From Candidatus Eiseniibacteriota bacterium (GTDB taxonomy: Bacteria; Eisenbacteria; RBG-16-71-46; CAIMUX01; VGJL01), in contig JBHGAY010000059.1 in the NCBI GenBank assembly GCA_041946735.1, forward strand, positions 1 through 10,620: a stretch of DNA of 10,620 nucleotides, in the 5' to 3' direction. Below, piece after piece: positions 8,101 to 10,620 of the stretch (position 1 is its first letter; every line of letters starts with the position of its first letter). The notes beneath the pieces were generated by a model. The model had not been told where the DNA came from. It worked only from the letters and a program-made list of their open reading frames with translations, and did not search any database. The position numbers and the translations under genes are program-made.

Positions 8101-9948
8101 ATCTTCCGCGTCGACAATGGCGAGCTCTACGCCGAGACGATGAGCAACCCGGTCGATGGAAGCTATACGACCCCGGCCCTGCCGTACTTCGACTACACGG
8201 TGAAGGTTCGCGCCTGGCACCACATCCCGGTCACGGAAGTGGTGACGGTCGATCAGCCTTCGATCGTGCGCAACTACTGGCTCGATCCGACGCTCGGCGA
8301 GATCCTCCTGATCGACGACTCGCAGGGGAAGGCGGGTGTCGCGGTCGAGGCGAAGGTCGATCCGAAGACCGGAGCGGTGCTTTCGGACGGCTTCGTGCCG
8401 GCTCCGGGGAAGGCGGCGGCCGACATCATCGCGGATCTCGAGGAGCTGGGCTATACCGTGACGTCGGAGACCATCCCGACGACCGACCCGGCCACGTGGT
8501 TCGACTACGACCTGCTGATCGTCTCCGCCGGCAGCAACGCCGATCCGCTGTCGGAGTCCGCGTTCCGCACGCAGCTCGTCGCGTTCGTCGACGCGGGTGG
8601 TCACCTGCTCCTCGAGGGCGGGGAGGTCGGCTACGACTGCCGTAGCGACACGAACTTCGCCTCGCGAGTCATGCACATCACCGCCTGGAACCATGACCAG
8701 AGCGGCAACGTCACGATCGCCACGCCGGCGCATTACGTCGTATCGGTCCCGAACGCCATCGCCGGTCCGATCACGATGTCGTACGCCACCTACGGCGACC
8801 AGGACGCGCTCACGGTGAAGAGCGATGCGGTGAAGGTCGGCGCGTGGTCGAGCTACCCGAGCGACGGCAGCATCATCGCCTACGATCCGAACCCCGCCCC
8901 CGAGGGCGGCCAGATCGTCTTCTACTCGTTCAACTACTCGGCGATGGACGCGGTGGTGCGCCCGAACCTCCTCGAGAACACGGTGCTGTGGCTGATGACG
9001 CCGGAATACGGGAACTGCTCGGTGGCGGGAACGGCTCTGCTCGCCGGGCAGCAGGATCACTCCGGCATCAAGGTGGAGGCGATCCCCAACGGCGGGTTCG
9101 TCTACACGAACGCGCAGGGACAGTACCTGCTGCCGAACCTTTTCGCGGGGAGCTATACGATCCGGGCTTCGAAGTCGAACTGGTCGACGGAAGCCGAGGA
9201 GGTGACGCTGACCTCCGGGCAGAACCTGACCGGGATCGACTTCCTTCTCACGCCGGTTCAGCTCGACGAGATCTGCCGTCAACCGCATACGCCGATCCCG
9301 GACAACAATCCGACCGGGATCAGCGACAACATGCCGGTCGCCGTGGGCGGCAACGTCACCGGGATCCGGGTCTACGTGAACATCACGCACACCTACATCG
9401 GTGACCTCATCGTGAAGCTCCGCTCGCCGGCGGGCACGGTCGCCGTCCTGCACAACCGGACGGGCAGCTCGGCGGACAACATCGTCGGCTGGTATCCGAC
9501 GACGCTGACGCCGGCCGAGAGCCTCGATCGGTTCCTCGGGGAGGCGTGCGACGGAACCTGGACGCTGATCGTGAGCGACAACGCGAGCCAGGACACCGGA
9601 ACGCTGAACGAGTGGTGCCTCGAGCTGACCCACGGCACGCCGATGGGAGTGGAGGATGCCGAGACGCCGAAGAGCCTGCAGCTCGGCGCCTGCCATCCGA
9701 ATCCGCTCCACCAAGGCGCGACCATCCTCTTCGATCTGCCTCAGAATGCGCAGGTCCGCCTGGGCGTCTATGACGTCGCGGGACGGAAGATCGCGCAGCT
9801 CGTCTCCGGCACGCTCGCCGCCGGCCGCCACCAGGTCCTCTGGAACGGCCGCGACGAGGCGGGCAGGATGGCGGCGAGCGGCGTCTATCTTTACCGTCTC
9901 GAGGCGCTCGGCCAGACGCTGACGAGGAAGATGCTCGTCGTGAGGTGA
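5185..9948 (+). CDS. gingipain-family (C25) cysteine peptidase, Kgp-like, multidomain, with P-domain and FlgD-Ig-like tail (1587 aa)
   Basis: AAAGGA RBS (5171-5176) then ATG 5185. Signal peptide ...GSLAWG|Q. C25 propeptide (GAPELPMMNRLVALP, PSQPSMPK). Catalytic domain YYGRLSA, NYTAHGS (His 6532-6534), VGNCC (6628-6633), YNLLGDPSL. Then Ig-like and carboxypeptidase-regulatory-like repeats, an alpha/beta module (YDLLIVSAG...FVDAGGHLLLEG), a proprotein convertase P-domain (VNITHTYIGDLIVKLRSPAG...GTWTLIVSDNASQDTGTLNEWCLEL) and an FlgD-Ig-like tail. Ends TGA TAG. Confidence 0.96.
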   Translation: MRSASRVLAFALVLLAGIGSLAWGQTRIPLTAETTHLTLLEQQENSLVYRAEISELVAMQVDTPEGRFARLLIPGFHFSHAEGAPELPMMNRLVALPYGATARIEVLSASSREIDLGAYGITTPLFPSQPSMPKNVDPADWPFVYDRAAYAAPRVAQELARVEAIGRLRAADMGRVELSPVEYFPGQHRIVVHDRVDFRVVFEGGDKAQGDELYARTYSPFFQPVYDRLDGFRGIHSQYPDRVRDVVTLVIVTPPEFVSTLQPFVDWKIQRGFHTIVGEIGTPEVGVTKESIQAWIRNLYENGTPQQPAPSFVVFAGDIAQVPTFTASGDPTDRPYCTIDADLEPDIYYGRLSATNPTQLQAILNKTIRYDQAAMADLSYLGEVVMIAGMDGNFGPVWANGQINYGTTNYFNEAHGILSHTYLYPVSGNSEAQIIQNINDGIGYINYTAHGSETSWSDPTMTQSDVNNLTNYDKFCFAVGNCCLTSSYDVPECFGETWLRVVNKGAIGYIGGSNSTYWDEDYYWGVGYRTSIVVNPTYDGNHLGAYDGVFHDHGEAMEQWYVTSDAMIFCGNLAVTESGSPRITYYWNIYNLLGDPSLSTYLGVPSANPVVHPPTIFTNMVSIPVQAVPGSYVGLTRDGEVLGAGTVGPTGTLDLPIWEQPLSPGPAHLVVTMQNRLPYQADVNIIVPATVVIDPMVIDANVTTAVTVGVFEADGYTPKPGIDVWAAGLDYESTHQVTDATGHCVLSVTYPFGPTIDIVGKDPQDPWELFRIPIEVRALALNHPDLWVTTTIGLADTFALNLPGQLHAQVAEPGAVLWAHQDGAPLGHVAGNILPLTPSSLSTITGTIAVSGYDLYSEPFPVIEAYGTLTGHIDAAGGPAANAILRGYDGDGAVAFEAVTNAQGNFDVGDEILVAPYTITVDHFGSLHWEQEYFLNYGANFLDIDLEAAPSGVLTGFVREDETDEPLEATIRIFRVDNGELYAETMSNPVDGSYTTPALPYFDYTVKVRAWHHIPVTEVVTVDQPSIVRNYWLDPTLGEILLIDDSQGKAGVAVEAKVDPKTGAVLSDGFVPAPGKAAADIIADLEELGYTVTSETIPTTDPATWFDYDLLIVSAGSNADPLSESAFRTQLVAFVDAGGHLLLEGGEVGYDCRSDTNFASRVMHITAWNHDQSGNVTIATPAHYVVSVPNAIAGPITMSYATYGDQDALTVKSDAVKVGAWSSYPSDGSIIAYDPNPAPEGGQIVFYSFNYSAMDAVVRPNLLENTVLWLMTPEYGNCSVAGTALLAGQQDHSGIKVEAIPNGGFVYTNAQGQYLLPNLFAGSYTIRASKSNWSTEAEEVTLTSGQNLTGIDFLLTPVQLDEICRQPHTPIPDNNPTGISDNMPVAVGGNVTGIRVYVNITHTYIGDLIVKLRSPAGTVAVLHNRTGSSADNIVGWYPTTLTPAESLDRFLGEACDGTWTLIVSDNASQDTGTLNEWCLELTHGTPMGVEDAETPKSLQLGACHPNPLHQGATILFDLPQNAQVRLGVYDVAGRKIAQLVSGTLAAGRHQVLWNGRDEAGRMAASGVYLYRLEALGQTLTRKMLVVR

Positions 9949-9984
9949 TAGGGAACGACTCTGAGTCAAAGCACCTAGGTTCTC

Positions 9985-10023
9985 GATGGCGACCGTCCTC
10001 TCGGTGAGGGGGCGGTCGCCATC
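9985..10023 (+). terminator. strong hairpin downstream of the C25 gene, probable terminator or RNA-stabilising stem
   Basis: GATGGCGACCGTCCTCTC-GGT-GAGGGGGCGGTCGCCATC forms an 18-bp stem with two G-U pairs on the plus-strand RNA, 36 nt after the stop. The tail TGATT is only a weak U-tract. Confidence 0.6.
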
Positions 10024-10139
10024 TGATTGAGGATCGACAGGGAAGGCCGGGCGCCTCGACGACGAGTCACGCTGACATTCGCGGATTGCCCCGGCGTCCC
10101 GGACAGGGCCGCATGACGGTGATCCGTCGTGAATCTCCC

Positions 10140-10369
10140 TGCTCCTTGGTGGCGGTTGTGCCAGGCGGCCTCCACCAGCAAACGCCGCACGTGGGGTTGC
10201 CTGCTTTCGTGATCGATCCCTGGCGCTCCCGCTCCCCACGCGAAGCCTCCGGAAGAACGAGGCTTCCGGATGGCTTGTCAGTTGACCGGGGAGAGTTGAA
10301 ACGGCGGAGGTCGTGGAGTTCGGACACGAGGCTCACCGCTGTCACCAGGTCGGTGCCGCGGAAGCAACA
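10140..10369 (-). pseudogene. IS110-family transposase remnant (C-terminal Transposase_20-like segment), frameshifted
   Basis: CFRGTDLVTAVSLVSELHDLRRFNSPR...EASRGERERQGSITKAGNP, then a frame change at the G run 10193-10196 to HVRRLLVEAAWH. This matches the IS110 G.G..TA...AE..D..RF / SG......ITK.GN...R.LLVEAAW pattern. No N-terminal DEDD domain is present. Confidence 0.85.
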
Positions 10370-10400
10370 CGGCCGTTGAATGGGCTCGATGGGGATCCTG

Positions 10401-10562
10401 GACTCTCGGTCCCAGCGTCCGCCTTGGGGAAGGGGCCGCCCGATGATCTTGGTCCCGGGGTTCGCGGTTGTGAAGGGGCTGCGTCAGACTCTCGGCTCCG
10501 GGGTTCGCGGTGGTGAACCGGCTGCGTGAGAGTCTCGGCGCCGGGGTTCGCCGTGGTGAAGG
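10401..10562. repeat. 43-bp-period imperfect tandem repeat array (non-coding)
   Basis: CCGGGGTTCGC recurs at 10455, 10498 and 10541. Units are ccggggttcgcggttgtgaaggggctgcgtcagactctcggct and ccggggttcgcggtggtgaaccggctgcgtgagagtctcggcg. A degenerate in-phase unit at 10412-10454 matches 26/43 by hand count, and gactctcgg at 10401 is also in phase. Confidence 0.85.
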
Positions 10563-10620
10563 TGAACCGCCCCGGGATTCCCGGAGGCTCCATTTGGAGG
10601 GAGAATGGGAGCCATGGGAA
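10563..10620 (+). mobile_element. left end of an IS3-family element (IS51 group, IS629/IS6110-like), continues beyond the window
   Basis: TGAACCGCCCCGGGATTCCCGGAGGCTCC closely resembles the TGAACCGCCCCGG... terminal inverted repeat of IS629 and IS6110. A purine-rich RBS-like tract and ATG at 10614 follow at the distance expected for orfA. Confidence 0.85.
10614..10620 (+). CDS. probable start of IS3-family transposase orfA (only 2 codons visible)
   Basis: ATG GGA A.. located 51 nt inside the IS left end, preceded by GGGAG. The call rests on position only. Confidence 0.5.

Noticed and set aside
5098..10239. 1713-aa minus-strand ORF
   Set aside because: Antisense shadow of the C25 gene. It is Arg/Val/Asp-rich with no motifs, as expected from high-GC codon bias.
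10401..10562. CRISPR array
   Set aside because: The regions between conserved blocks resemble each other, so there are no unique spacers. No cas genes or AT-rich leader are visible.
10313..10593. Small ORFs 10313..10516 (+) and 10342..10593 (-)
   Set aside because: They span the non-triplet repeat and IS boundaries and have no coding signature.

Overview
High-GC bacterial window. Its secreted proteins end in FlgD-Ig-type tails, which by inference suggests an FCB-affiliated lineage such as Ca. Eisenbacteria or Krumholzibacteriota. The core is a divergent proteolysis and peptide-uptake locus. The minus strand carries a secreted M4/M36-like Zn protease, a second secreted HExxH gluzincin-like protein and a POT-like MFS transporter with a degenerate ExxER motif. 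The plus strand carries a 1587-aa multidomain C25 cysteine protease that keeps the Lys-gingipain (Kgp) signature residues. At the left edge, an FN3-domain coding frame runs without a stop into a 50-nt 3' fragment of a tRNA-Leu (att-like junction). At the right edge are a strong hairpin, a frameshifted IS110 transposase remnant, a non-coding 43-bp tandem array and the left end of an IS3-family (IS51/IS6110-like) element inserted into that array. The other long ORFs in the track are antisense or off-frame shadows. Family assignments come from motif recognition by eye, not database searches.
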